From NCBI GenBank assembly GCA_035651455.1, contig DASRFR010000013.1, positions 29,741 through 93,740 on the forward strand: 64,000 nucleotides of DNA, written 5' to 3'. Each line of letters begins with the position of its first letter. Positions within the stretch are counted from its first letter, which is position 1. The notes below the pieces were generated by a model, which did no database searches, was not told the origin of the DNA, and saw only the letters and a list, made by a program, of their open reading frames with translations. Made by a program: the position numbers and the translations under genes. Below are positions 1 to 9,801 of this stretch, one piece after another. The stretch comes from Terriglobales bacterium. GTDB lineage: Bacteria > Acidobacteriota > Terriglobia > Terriglobales > Acidobacteriaceae.

Positions 1-411
1 AGCGCGATGCAGAAATTGCAGAGCCAGTCCACTTCCAATCCGACCTCGATTGTGCAAAAAGCTGCGGTGGCCGCATTGAAAGGGCCGCAGCAGTGCGTTG
101 AGGATATGCGGCAAGAGTACATCAAGCTACGCGATCACGTGGTAAACGGCCTACGCTCCATACCGGGCATCAAGTGCACCCTCCCGGAAGGCGCGTTTTA
201 CGCCTATCCCAATGTCTCTGGTTACTTCGGCCACGGAGGAGTCAACCAGGCCGCTGACGCAGCCGGCAAGTTGCTGCGCGAAGCCCACGTGGCCACAGTT
301 CCCGGCGAGGGATTTGGCACTCGCGAACATATTCGCGTTTCTTACGCCACCTCCATTGCGGAACTCGACCGGGGCCTCGAGCACATGCGCAAGTTTTTTC
401 GCTCTCTGTAA
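1..411 (+). CDS. class I (aspartate-type) PLP aminotransferase, C-terminal part; the gene begins upstream of the window
   Basis: The frame is open from base 1. The translation ...QSQSTSNPTSIVQKAAVAAL...PEGAFYAYPN...IRVSYATS... matches the C-terminal half of AspC-type aminotransferases. Confidence 0.85.
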   Translation, partial: SAMQKLQSQSTSNPTSIVQKAAVAALKGPQQCVEDMRQEYIKLRDHVVNGLRSIPGIKCTLPEGAFYAYPNVSGYFGHGGVNQAADAAGKLLREAHVATVPGEGFGTREHIRVSYATSIAELDRGLEHMRKFFRSL

Positions 412-534
412 TTCCCGGCTTCGATCCAACGGGAAGCCCTGCGCGATCGAGGCAGCCATCTCCCCACGTTCGGCTTCTAAGCTGCTTGAACGGGGCGAAG
501 CCTTCTTGCGGCGACTAGTTTCGCATTCCAGCAC

Positions 535-1536
535 ATGAGCGAACTCTACCCATTCTTGATGTCGCCTTCTTTTGACCCACGCCCCTGGGGTACGACGAAT
601 CTCGCTCCCATCTATCCCAATCTTCAATTTGCCGAAAAAATCGGCGAGGCATGGCTGACTGGGGACGATTGCAATGTGACCAACGGTCCCTGTGCGGGGC
701 AGTCCCTTTCGAACCTGAGTCTTCGCTTCGGGCGTGACCTGGTGGGCGATGCAGCGCGCGATGCGAACCGGTTTCCCCTGCTCTTGAAGTTCTTGTTTCC
801 GCACGAGAAACTGTCGGTCCAGGTGCATCCCGATGATGAACAGGCGCGCCGCGTCGGCGAACCGTGGGGTAAAACTGAGTGCTGGTACATCGCCCACGCA
901 AAGCCCGGGTCGCAGATCGCCTTGGGACTAAAGCCTGGCACGACTACCGCACAGTTCGAACAATCTATCCATGAGAATCGCGCAGAAGAACTGCTGAACT
1001 GGATCAACGTATATCCCGGGGAATTGATTTACGTGGCGGGTGGGACTGTTCACACCTTGGGACCGGGCTCGGTAATCATCGAAACGCAGCAACAGTCGGA
1101 CACAACTTATCGGCTATACGATTATGGCCGTCCACGCGAATTGCATCTGGAAAACGGGTTGGCGGCGGTCAAGGAGAAGGTCGCGTCGGGTAAGGCAATC
1201 CGGCCGGCTCCAATTCCTCTGAACGGCGGCAGCAACCGGCTTTCGCCTATGGTGGCAGCGCCACATTTCGCGGTCGATAAGTTCGACCTGAAGCAAGCTC
1301 ATACCTTCGCGACGGCTGACGATTCGGGCAAGAACTCAGTACAGATCCTGGTGGCTATTGACGGGTGTGCCATGATCGAAGCTCCCGGTGCTGAGCCGGT
1401 GACACTGGTCAAGGGTGATGCCGTCGTCGTGCCGGCCTCGTTACCGGAATTCACCGTCCGCCCCCAATGGAGCATAGAATTCCTTAAATCCTATGTACCG
1501 GGGAAGGTTTTGCCTGAACCCGCGACCAGAATGTGA
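535..1536 (+). CDS. manA: mannose-6-phosphate isomerase, class I
   Basis: 333 aa. It has the cupin-type PMI signature ...LSVQVHPDD... and an N-terminal PWG motif. It lies directly upstream of the GDP-mannose genes. Confidence 0.8.
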   Translation: MSELYPFLMSPSFDPRPWGTTNLAPIYPNLQFAEKIGEAWLTGDDCNVTNGPCAGQSLSNLSLRFGRDLVGDAARDANRFPLLLKFLFPHEKLSVQVHPDDEQARRVGEPWGKTECWYIAHAKPGSQIALGLKPGTTTAQFEQSIHENRAEELLNWINVYPGELIYVAGGTVHTLGPGSVIIETQQQSDTTYRLYDYGRPRELHLENGLAAVKEKVASGKAIRPAPIPLNGGSNRLSPMVAAPHFAVDKFDLKQAHTFATADDSGKNSVQILVAIDGCAMIEAPGAEPVTLVKGDAVVVPASLPEFTVRPQWSIEFLKSYVPGKVLPEPATRM

Positions 1537-1576
1537 TTCCCCGCGAGTCGTAGAGCTGTGGTGAACCTGCATAGCC

Positions 1577-2689
1577 GTGGCTAACAAAAAGATCAACTTT
1601 TATCCCGTGATTCTGGCTGGCGGCCGCGGCACCCGTTTCTGGCCTCTCAGCCGGAAGCGCCGGGCCAAGCAGCTATTGGCGCTCGATGGCCGGCAGACGA
1701 TGATCCAGGCCACGGTCTCGCGCCTTTTACCCCTGGCAGCCTCCTCGCGTTTTTGGGTCATCACCAACCGCGATCTGCAGGCGGAGATTGCGCGCCAACT
1801 GCCCCGTCTCACCGCGCGTCAAATCATTGCCGAGCCTGTGGGGCGCAACACTGCGCCCGCCATCGGCTTGGCTGCGTTCCTACTATTGCGGGACGATCCC
1901 GAAGCCGTTCTCGGGCTTTTTCCTTCCGACCACGTAATCGGCGACCCAGCCCGGTATCGTGCTCTTCTGAAACGTGGCATTGAGATCGCCGCGGCGGGTG
2001 AAAACATCGTCGCCCTCGGCATTCAGCCCAATCGCCCTGAGACCGGTTATGGCTACATCGAGGCCGGATATTCACACGATTCGGGTCCACTGCCGGTGCG
2101 CTGCTTCACGGAAAAACCGGACGTGCAACGCGCTGCCGAGTTTTTGAACGCCGGGAACTACTACTGGAACAGCGGTATTTTCCTGTGGAGCGCCCGTACC
2201 CTGGTGAATGCGCTCCGCGAGCATTTGCCGAAGACCGCGGCGCTCCTGGAAAAAATTTCGGCCACACATGGAGCGCGCCGCTTCGACGAGATATTTCGTC
2301 GTCTGTATCCCAAGTGTGAAAACATCAGCATCGACTACGCTGTGCTCGAGCCACGTTCGCAAAAAGGAGAACAGAACTCGAACATTTTCTGTCTTCCCGC
2401 GGAGTTCGGATGGAACGATCTCGGCTCCTGGACGGCGCTCCACGAGCACCACACGGCAAAGAGCAACCCTGCTGATGGCAACCTCATCTCTGCCTCAGGC
2501 AGCTTCGCCTTGAATGCCCAGGGCAACTACGTCCACGCACCCGGAAAGTTTGTGGCCGCTGTTGGCATTACCGACATCGTCGTGGTCGAGACTGACGACG
2601 CGCTGCTGATCACTACCCGCCGCCACGCGCAGGACGTCGGTAAGGTGGTCAAGTATCTGGATGAGAAGAAGTTGAACAAGCTGGTCTGA
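1577..2689 (+). CDS. manC: mannose-1-phosphate guanylyltransferase
   Basis: GTG start. The N-terminal nucleotidyltransferase loop is ILAGGRGTRFWPLSR. The length (370 aa) and sequence are typical of the nucleotidyltransferase-only ManC form. Confidence 0.85.
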   Translation: MANKKINFYPVILAGGRGTRFWPLSRKRRAKQLLALDGRQTMIQATVSRLLPLAASSRFWVITNRDLQAEIARQLPRLTARQIIAEPVGRNTAPAIGLAAFLLLRDDPEAVLGLFPSDHVIGDPARYRALLKRGIEIAAAGENIVALGIQPNRPETGYGYIEAGYSHDSGPLPVRCFTEKPDVQRAAEFLNAGNYYWNSGIFLWSARTLVNALREHLPKTAALLEKISATHGARRFDEIFRRLYPKCENISIDYAVLEPRSQKGEQNSNIFCLPAEFGWNDLGSWTALHEHHTAKSNPADGNLISASGSFALNAQGNYVHAPGKFVAAVGITDIVVVETDDALLITTRRHAQDVGKVVKYLDEKKLNKLV

Positions 2690-2709
2690 CCAGGACTGGA
2701 AGGGCTGAT

Positions 2710-4182
2710 ATGTCTGTACAAGTCACGCTGGCTGAGCCAGGCCCGGCGGTCACGCCGAAACCGGAAATCAAGTTCGGAACGGATGGATGGCGCGGTATCA
2801 TCGCCGACGATTTCACCTTCGCCAACGTGCGCCGGGTGGCCGCAGCGATTGCCTCCTACGTCCTCAAGCATGAGACCGGGCGCACCGGCGTAGTAATCGG
2901 CTATGACACACGGTTTGTCTCCAAAAATGCGGCTCGGGTAGCGGCCGATGTGATCGCGACGGCGGGCATTCCGGTTAAATTGGCGAACGATTACACACCC
3001 ACTCCCGCCATATCGCTGGCCGTAAAGCGGCAGAACGCCGCCGGCGGAGTGGTCATCACCTCCAGTCACAATCCGTGGAACTGGAACGGAGTGAAATTCA
3101 AGGGCTACTTCGGCGGGTCGGCGACGCCATCAATTATCAAGAAGATTGAGGAAGAAATGCAGGCGGGCGCCGATCCTAAAGCCAACGAGCCTGCGCCGGT
3201 CGAAGATGTCGACCTGAAACAGCCTTATATCGATGCTATCTGCCAGTTCGCTGATATGGACCTGATTGCGAAGGCGCGTTTCAAATTCGTGGTGGATTCC
3301 ATGTACGGCTCCGGTCGCGGAATCCTGTCACGGGTATTCAGCGAGCGCGGCATAGATCATGTCGCCATTCGCCAGGAACTCAATCCCCTTTTCCCCGACA
3401 TCAATCCTGAACCGATCGAGCCGCACATCTCTCTCCTGCAGCAAACGGTCGTTAAGAACAAGGCTCACGCCGGCCTGGCAACCGATGGAGACGCCGACCG
3501 CCTAGGCGCGGTCGCCGAAGACGGCAGCTTCGTCGACTCCCACAAATGTTTCTCCATCCTGCTGCGCTGGCTCCTCGAGCGCAAGAAGTGGCCCGGCGAC
3601 GTGGTTCGCGCATTCAATACCACCCGCATGCTGGATCGCATCGCGGCCAAGCATGGGCGCAAACTCCACGAGTGCTCGATTGGCTTCAAATACATCGCCG
3701 ACCTGATGATGGAACGTGAAATCCTGATGGGTGGCGAGGAGTCGGGAGGGCTGGGCTATGGCCGCCACATTCCCGAGCGCGACGGCAGCCTGAATTGCCT
3801 CCTGCTGGCCAATGTGATGGCCGAGGAAGGCAAACCCCTGGGACAACTCGTGGCGGATCTACAGCGGGAATTCGGCGCGCATTATTATGGCCGGCACGAT
3901 CTGCACATCCCTGACGAAATCAAGCGGGCCGTGATCGCACGAGCTCGTGCTGAATCCACCAACAAGTTGGGGCAGTACGCCATCCTGCGGAAAGAGGGTC
4001 TGGACGGCGTGAAGTTCTTCCTCGACGCCCCCAACGATGGCAACGGCGCCGATGCCTGGGTGCTGTTCCGCGCGTCAGGGACGGAGCCCCTCTTGCGCGT
4101 ATATTCAGAGGCGGCCTCTCCCGAGCTGGTTTCCGAGATCCTGCGGCGCTCGGAGGACTTCGTAAACGGCACATCCGCATAG
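2710..4182 (+). CDS. phosphomannomutase/phosphoglucomutase (alpha-D-phosphohexomutase)
   Basis: It has the active-site serine loop TSSHNPWNWNG, the metal loop DGDADR and the sugar loop GGEESGG. Confidence 0.85.
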   Translation: MSVQVTLAEPGPAVTPKPEIKFGTDGWRGIIADDFTFANVRRVAAAIASYVLKHETGRTGVVIGYDTRFVSKNAARVAADVIATAGIPVKLANDYTPTPAISLAVKRQNAAGGVVITSSHNPWNWNGVKFKGYFGGSATPSIIKKIEEEMQAGADPKANEPAPVEDVDLKQPYIDAICQFADMDLIAKARFKFVVDSMYGSGRGILSRVFSERGIDHVAIRQELNPLFPDINPEPIEPHISLLQQTVVKNKAHAGLATDGDADRLGAVAEDGSFVDSHKCFSILLRWLLERKKWPGDVVRAFNTTRMLDRIAAKHGRKLHECSIGFKYIADLMMEREILMGGEESGGLGYGRHIPERDGSLNCLLLANVMAEEGKPLGQLVADLQREFGAHYYGRHDLHIPDEIKRAVIARARAESTNKLGQYAILRKEGLDGVKFFLDAPNDGNGADAWVLFRASGTEPLLRVYSEAASPELVSEILRRSEDFVNGTSA

Positions 4183-4259
4183 GATTACTGACGTTGACTC
4201 ATCGGCAGTGCACTGTCGATTGCTGCGCCGTGGCGGTGATTCGGCGATAATGAATCGGT

Positions 4260-5417
4260 ATGAGCTCCCCGGAAATCGCTGCCGCCAGCCCCGCTGATTC
4301 GCCGGAGTCTCACCGCTACAACCGGATCCGGCGATGGCTGGGCATGGCCGACTTCGCTCTTGGCCTGCTATTCATGGTCGCCCTCCTGATAACAGACTGG
4401 AGCGGCTCATTGCGAGATCTGGCGTACCGCGCTGCCTCCCAGCAATACACGTTAGCCGTGTTTCTTTACATTTTCTTCCTGCTGCTGATCGGCAAGGTGC
4501 TCGGGCTTGGGCTGGATTACTACGGCTTCCGCCTCGAGCATACATTCCACTTATCGAATCAAAGGTTGCGATCCTGGCTGTGGGATGAGGCGAAGAGTTT
4601 TGTTTTGAGCGTGGTCATTGCCGCTATTGTCGGCGAATTGCTGTATTACCTGATCCGCGAGTTCCCGGAATACTGGTGGCTGGTGACTTGGGCCGCATTT
4701 ATGGGCTTGTTCATCCTGCTCGCCCAGATCGCCCCCGTTGTCCTGTTCCCCATCTTTTACAAGTTCGAACCGTTGGAAAATGATGAATTAAAACGGCGCC
4801 TGGTGCGCCTCGGGGAGCGTGCGGGAACCCGTGTGCGCGGCGTCTACAAGTGGAATCTTTCCGAGAAGACCAAGAAAGCCAATGCGGCGCTCACTGGCCT
4901 GGGTTCAACCCGCCGTATCATACTCGCCGACACCCTCCTCGATAACTACTCGGCCGACGAGATTGAAGCCGTCCTGGCCCATGAGCTGGGACATCACGTG
5001 CACCGGCACATTTTGAAGAGTATCGCGGTGCAGGCCGGGATTACCCTGTTCGGCTTCTGGGCTGCCAATGCCGTCCTGCATTACGCCACCGATAAGCACC
5101 ACATGTTCGAAACGCTTTCCGATTTCGCCAACCTTCCCTTGTTTGCCCTGGTCTCAATTGTGCTGTCTCTACTGCTCATGCCCGCGTTGAACGCCTACTC
5201 CCGCTTCAACGAGCGCCAGGCCGATCGCTACGCCTTTCAGTCGATCGCCAACGTGGGACCATTCATCAGTTCGATGAACAAGCTGGCTCAGCAGAATTTG
5301 TCCGAGCGTACCCCCTCGAAGTGGGTCGAATGGTTTTTTCACTCGCATCCAGCGATTTCGAAACGAGTGAAGGCGGCAGAACGGTGGTCGCAGCAGGGCG
5401 TGCCTGCCCGCGGCTGA
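4260..5417 (+). CDS. M48 family (Ste24/HtpX-like) zinc metalloprotease, polytopic membrane protein
   Basis: It has the HELGHH zinc motif (AHELGHHVHRH) and several hydrophobic segments N-terminal to it. Confidence 0.8.
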   Translation: MSSPEIAAASPADSPESHRYNRIRRWLGMADFALGLLFMVALLITDWSGSLRDLAYRAASQQYTLAVFLYIFFLLLIGKVLGLGLDYYGFRLEHTFHLSNQRLRSWLWDEAKSFVLSVVIAAIVGELLYYLIREFPEYWWLVTWAAFMGLFILLAQIAPVVLFPIFYKFEPLENDELKRRLVRLGERAGTRVRGVYKWNLSEKTKKANAALTGLGSTRRIILADTLLDNYSADEIEAVLAHELGHHVHRHILKSIAVQAGITLFGFWAANAVLHYATDKHHMFETLSDFANLPLFALVSIVLSLLLMPALNAYSRFNERQADRYAFQSIANVGPFISSMNKLAQQNLSERTPSKWVEWFFHSHPAISKRVKAAERWSQQGVPARG

Positions 5418-5467
5418 TGGGGCGCCGAATACCCTCTGTGTCAGGGATCGCGAGGGTGGAAGCACCT

Positions 5468-6187
5468 TCAGATACTCAGCAGCAATTTTTCCACTCTGCG
5501 TAGGTCTTCTTCCGTATCCACGCCAATGGTGTCGTGCTCCGTCTCACCGACGTAGATGGGTATCCCATTTTGCAGGAACCTCAGTTGCTCCAGACGTTCG
5601 CTGCGCTCCAGTTCGGATTCCGGCAGTTCACAGAAGCGATCCAGCAGGGGCTTCCGGTAACCATAAATCCCCAGGTGCTTGTAGTAGCGCGGACGCATGC
5701 CGTCGCGATCAAAGGGGATGGTCGCGCGGGAAAAGTAGAGTGCTCGCCCTTGCGAGTCGGTAACCACCTTCACTGCATTTGGATTTTTCGCGTCCGATGC
5801 CGAGGCTGGCGTCTTGAGGGTTCCCACGCCTACGTCGGGATCATTCATCACTCGCAGGAGCTTGGCAACGTGCTCGGCGCGGGTAAGCGGCTCATCGCCC
5901 TGCACATTGATGTAGACGTCGGCTGCAACCATCTCCGATAGCTCGCGCACGCGCTCAGTCCCACTGCGGTGCTCAGGCGAGGTCATCCGCGCCATCCAGC
6001 CATTCCGCTTGCAGAGGGCCATGATCTCCTCAGAATCGGTTGCCACTACTACCTGGTGAAGCAAGCGCGAAGAACTTACGGCTCGATACACGTGCTCGAG
6101 CATGGTTTTGCCGGCAATCTCCCGCAGCATTTTTCGCGGTAGCCGGGTGGAGGCAAGGCGCGCTGGGATTACGGCGATCGCTTTCAT
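5468..6187 (-). CDS. kdsB: 3-deoxy-manno-octulosonate cytidylyltransferase (CMP-KDO synthetase)
   Basis: The family N-terminus MKAIAVIPARLASTRLPRKML begins at the internal ATG at 6187. The ORF-track start at 6283 adds 32 non-conserved residues. Confidence 0.85.
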   Translation of the reverse strand: MKAIAVIPARLASTRLPRKMLREIAGKTMLEHVYRAVSSSRLLHQVVVATDSEEIMALCKRNGWMARMTSPEHRSGTERVRELSEMVAADVYINVQGDEPLTRAEHVAKLLRVMNDPDVGVGTLKTPASASDAKNPNAVKVVTDSQGRALYFSRATIPFDRDGMRPRYYKHLGIYGYRKPLLDRFCELPESELERSERLEQLRFLQNGIPIYVGETEHDTIGVDTEEDLRRVEKLLLSI

Positions 6188-6391
6188 CAATATCAGTCTC
6201 GGGTTTCCGCACGAGAGTTGCAACCCGGAAATCTCGCGAGTCGCAGGTCGATTACCCGTCCAGAAGCTTTGCGTCGATCGCACCTGGTGCCACTTCGGTC
6301 CTAAATTCTCCTGTGCAGATTCATCGCAGGCGCCAATTTCCGCAGCTCTCGTCTACACTAAATGCACATCCCATTTACAGGATCAGGACCT

Positions 6392-7588
6392 ATGCTCCGC
6401 AAGAACCGTCTCTTTACGCCCGGCCCCACACCGCTGCTCCCAGCGGCGCAAACCGCGATGGCATCATTCGCCGCGCACCACCGTACGGCTGACTTCCGGT
6501 CTCTGTTTACGCGCGTGCTGGCCGACATGAAGGAATTTATCGGCACGCGAAACGACGTCCTGGTACTGGCCTGTTCCGGGACAGGAGTCATGGAAGCGTC
6601 GGTTTCCAATCTCACGTCGCCCGGCGACACGGTGTTGGTGCTCACGGCCGGGAAATTCGGGGAGCGCTGGCGCGATTTAGCTAAGGCGTTCGGCTGCAAT
6701 GTGGAAGTCGTCGGGGCCGAATACGGGGAGACTATTCCGCTCGAAGAGGTGCGCCAGAAGCTCACGCCCAATGTGCGCGCGGTCTACGTGCAAGCCACGG
6801 AGAGCTCGACCGGGGCGCGCCATGACGTTCAGGGTATTGCCACGCTGGTACGCGAGCATGGCAATCATGCGCTGCTCGTGGTCGACGCCATCACCGGGCT
6901 GGGCACAACTCATTTCGACGTTGATGGCTGGGGCATCGATATCATCATCGGGGGCTCCCAGAAGGCGTTGATGATTCCGCCGGGACTCGCCTATTGCGCG
7001 GTTAGTGAAAGAGCGTGGCAAAGAATGGAAACCACGAAGTCTCCTCGTTACTACTTTGACCTGAGAAAGGAACGCAAGGCCGCAGCCAAAGGCGAATCGG
7101 CATTTACCCCGGCCACATCGCTGTTTGCGGCGCTGGGAGCGGCATTCGATTACGTGCGTCAGATGGGCAATGGTGACCTGGCTGACGGGCGAGAAGCCCT
7201 GATTGCCAATGCCAAACTCGCTGCCTCGATGACCCGGGCAGGAGCGCAGGCGCTGGGACTGAAATTGTTTTCAGCCTCGTCGCCGTCCGCGGCGCTCACG
7301 GCCATTGCTGCGCCATCAGGCGTGGATTCAGGCATCATCGTAAAGGAATTTCGCGAGACATTTAATGCGGTGGTGGCCAACGGTCAGGGGGAGATGAAGG
7401 GCAAGCTGTTCCGAATCGCCCACCTGGGCTACTACGATTACCTGGATACGATCGGCATTTTGGCCGCGCTCGAACATGTGCTGGGGCGGGTGACAGATAA
7501 GCCGGTGGAGTTTGGCACGGCAGTCCGGGCAGCGCAGGCGGTTTACGCGAGCAAAATGCAGCCTGAACCCCGCGCGGTGGCGCGATAA
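6392..7588 (+). CDS. class V PLP aminotransferase (serine/alanine-glyoxylate aminotransferase family)
   Basis: It has LFTPGPTPL near the N-terminus and the PLP-lysine motif GGSQKAL. The start is placed at the ATG at 6392, preceded by AGGA. Confidence 0.8.
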   Translation: MLRKNRLFTPGPTPLLPAAQTAMASFAAHHRTADFRSLFTRVLADMKEFIGTRNDVLVLACSGTGVMEASVSNLTSPGDTVLVLTAGKFGERWRDLAKAFGCNVEVVGAEYGETIPLEEVRQKLTPNVRAVYVQATESSTGARHDVQGIATLVREHGNHALLVVDAITGLGTTHFDVDGWGIDIIIGGSQKALMIPPGLAYCAVSERAWQRMETTKSPRYYFDLRKERKAAAKGESAFTPATSLFAALGAAFDYVRQMGNGDLADGREALIANAKLAASMTRAGAQALGLKLFSASSPSAALTAIAAPSGVDSGIIVKEFRETFNAVVANGQGEMKGKLFRIAHLGYYDYLDTIGILAALEHVLGRVTDKPVEFGTAVRAAQAVYASKMQPEPRAVAR

Positions 7589-7642
7589 GGATAGGGCAGT
7601 AAACTCCGGGCAATGCTTTGTTCTATCTGCTCTAAAAGCGAA

Positions 7643-7668
7643 AACGGCAGGGCCGACCCCCTGCCGTT
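7643..7668. terminator. bidirectional stem-loop between convergent genes
   Basis: AACGGCAGGG-ccgacc-CCCTGCCGTT is a perfect 10-bp stem. It lies between the aminotransferase stop (7588) and the HU stop (7689). Confidence 0.5.
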
Positions 7669-7688
7669 CCAGTTCTCAACCCGTAAAC

Positions 7689-7970
7689 CTACTTACTGCG
7701 GTTTACCGCCTTCTTCAGTTCCGCCCCTGGGGTAAACTTCGCGACTTTGCGGGCGGCAATCTTAATGGTGGCACCAGTCTGCGGGTTCCGGCCGTTGCGG
7801 GCCTTTCTCTGCGAGACGGAAAATGTGCCAAACCCAATCAGAGCCACCCGATCTCCCTTTTTCAAAGCGGCGGTAACGCTATCCACCGCGGTGTCGATTG
7901 CAGTCGCTGCTTGTGTCTTGCTGATCTTGCTTGCGGCCGCAATACGGTCAATGAGATCGGCTTTGTTCAT
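7689..7970 (-). CDS. hup: HU family DNA-binding protein
   Basis: 93 aa. [11 protein letters not shown]...[21 protein letters not shown]...F is the canonical HU/IHF fold sequence. Confidence 0.9.
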   Translation of the reverse strand: MNKADLIDRIAAASKISKTQAATAIDTAVDSVTAALKKGDRVALIGFGTFSVSQRKARNGRNPQTGATIKIAARKVAKFTPGAELKKAVNRSK

Positions 7971-8361
7971 CGTTTCTCCTGACAGGTCTCACTTCTCCCC
8001 AGCGCGCACCGACGAAGGAGCCTGAAATTTGCTCGCTGAGTTGGAAACCTGGATGGCAGCTATTTTGCGCCGTATTGTGCGAATGTCAACTGTGAAAATC
8101 CGCGCAGGACGGGTATTTTCGGGTTCCTGCCTTCGCAAACCCGCAAGGGACGGGTAATCCTAAGGCGTTCACCGGACGCCGGCGCTTCTCCGGTCACACG
8201 AGCACCGGTCGGGAGCGCTGCCGAACTGCTGCCAAACTGCTCTCGAACGCTGGGAACATCGATACAGGAATAGCAGCACCGATCGGAAAGCGGGGATTCG
8301 TGAATGCCACTCCCTTGCCCCAGTTGAGACGAGAGAGTGGCTTTCCGCCGAAAAAATCACA

Positions 8362-9738
8362 TTAGGCGGCCGCGTTGGGTTCGGCGGGCGTAAGGCTTGC
8401 AGTGACCTGCTCCGGAGCAGCGCCGCCGTTCACTGGATAGTTTGTCGCATGGCCATCATGAGCGAACTGCTCCTGCTCCGTCGATCCGGTGAGAGCGGTT
8501 GTCGACGACGTCCCGCCCGCTATGACTTGTGTGACCATATCAAAGTAGCCGGTGCCGACGAATTTCTGGTGTTTGACCGCCTCGTAACCATTCTCACGTT
8601 CGCTGGCGAATTCCTTTTCCTGCAACTGAGAATAGGCAGTCATGCCGGTCTCACGATATTTGCGGGCAAGTTCGAACATGCTCAAGTTGAGGGCATGGAA
8701 TCCCGCCAGCGTGATGAACTGGAACTTGTAACCCATCGCCGCCAGTTCCGTTTGAAATTTGGCAATCGTGGCGTCATCCAGTTTTTTCTTCCAGTTGAAT
8801 GACGGCGAACAGTTATACGCCAGCAGCTTCTTCGGATATTTTTCGTGGATCGCCTCGGCGAACCGCCGCGCCTCCTCCAGGTTCGGCTCCGAGGTTTCGC
8901 ACCAGATCATGTCGGCATAAGGGGCGTAGGCAATGCCGCGAGCAATAGCGGAGTCGATGCCGCCGCGTATGCAGAAGAAGCCTTCGCTGGTGCGGTTGCC
9001 CGTCAGGAATTCACGGTCCCGAGGGTCGATATCGCTAGTCAGCAAATGCGCGCTGTTCGCGTCCGTACGCGCCAGGATGAGCGTCGGAACTCCCATCACA
9101 TCCCCCGCGAGCCGCGCCGCTACCAGCTTCTGGATAGCTTCCACGGTCGGAACCAGGACCTTGCCGCCCAAGTGGCCGCACTTCTTGGCCGACGACAACT
9201 GGTCTTCATAGTGCACGCAGGCGGCACCGGCCTCGATCATCCCCTTCATCAATTCGAAGGCATTCAGGTTACCGCCGAATCCGGCTTCCGCATCTGCGAT
9301 GAGTGGTGCGAACCAGGCGATGCCGTTCTTGCCATCCGCATGGTGAATCTGGTCGGCGCGCATCAGCGCCTGGTTAATCCGCCGCACCATGTTCGGAACG
9401 CTATCGGCAGGGTAGAGGCTCTGATCGGGATACATTTGGCCCGCGTCATTCGCGTCGGCGGCCACTTGCCAGCCGCTTACGTAGATCGCTTTCAGACCCG
9501 CTTTCACCTGCTGAACAGCCTGATTGCCGGTCATGGCGCCAAGTGCGGCAACGTAATTTTCGGTGTGCAGCAGATGCCAAAGGCGCTCAGCACCGTGCGT
9601 GGCCAGCGTGTATTCAATGCGCATCGACCCGCGCAGCCGTTCGACGTCGTCCACGCTATACGGCCGGGTCACCCCTGCCCAGCGCGGATCGTTTGCCCAC
9701 TGGTCCTCTACCGTCTTGTGCTTTCCATTGGTGCTCAT
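8362..9738 (-). CDS. aceA: isocitrate lyase
   Basis: It has the catalytic motif KKCGHLGGK. The start is placed at the ATG at 9738, preceded by AGAGGAAA. The ORF-track start at 9777 is also possible. Confidence 0.9.
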   Translation of the reverse strand: MSTNGKHKTVEDQWANDPRWAGVTRPYSVDDVERLRGSMRIEYTLATHGAERLWHLLHTENYVAALGAMTGNQAVQQVKAGLKAIYVSGWQVAADANDAGQMYPDQSLYPADSVPNMVRRINQALMRADQIHHADGKNGIAWFAPLIADAEAGFGGNLNAFELMKGMIEAGAACVHYEDQLSSAKKCGHLGGKVLVPTVEAIQKLVAARLAGDVMGVPTLILARTDANSAHLLTSDIDPRDREFLTGNRTSEGFFCIRGGIDSAIARGIAYAPYADMIWCETSEPNLEEARRFAEAIHEKYPKKLLAYNCSPSFNWKKKLDDATIAKFQTELAAMGYKFQFITLAGFHALNLSMFELARKYRETGMTAYSQLQEKEFASERENGYEAVKHQKFVGTGYFDMVTQVIAGGTSSTTALTGSTEQEQFAHDGHATNYPVNGGAAPEQVTASLTPAEPNAAA

Positions 9739-9801
9739 GTCGCGTTTCCTCTTTCCCTGAATTGTTTCGGTCGCCAAATCGCAATACCCAACACGCCCTA
9801 C

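Noticed and set aside
8169-8360. 63-aa ORF just downstream of aceA
   Set aside because: It is Arg/Ser/Cys-rich, has no RBS, and overlaps a probable aceA 3' hairpin (GCCACTC...GAGTGGC, 8306..8341). It is probably non-coding.
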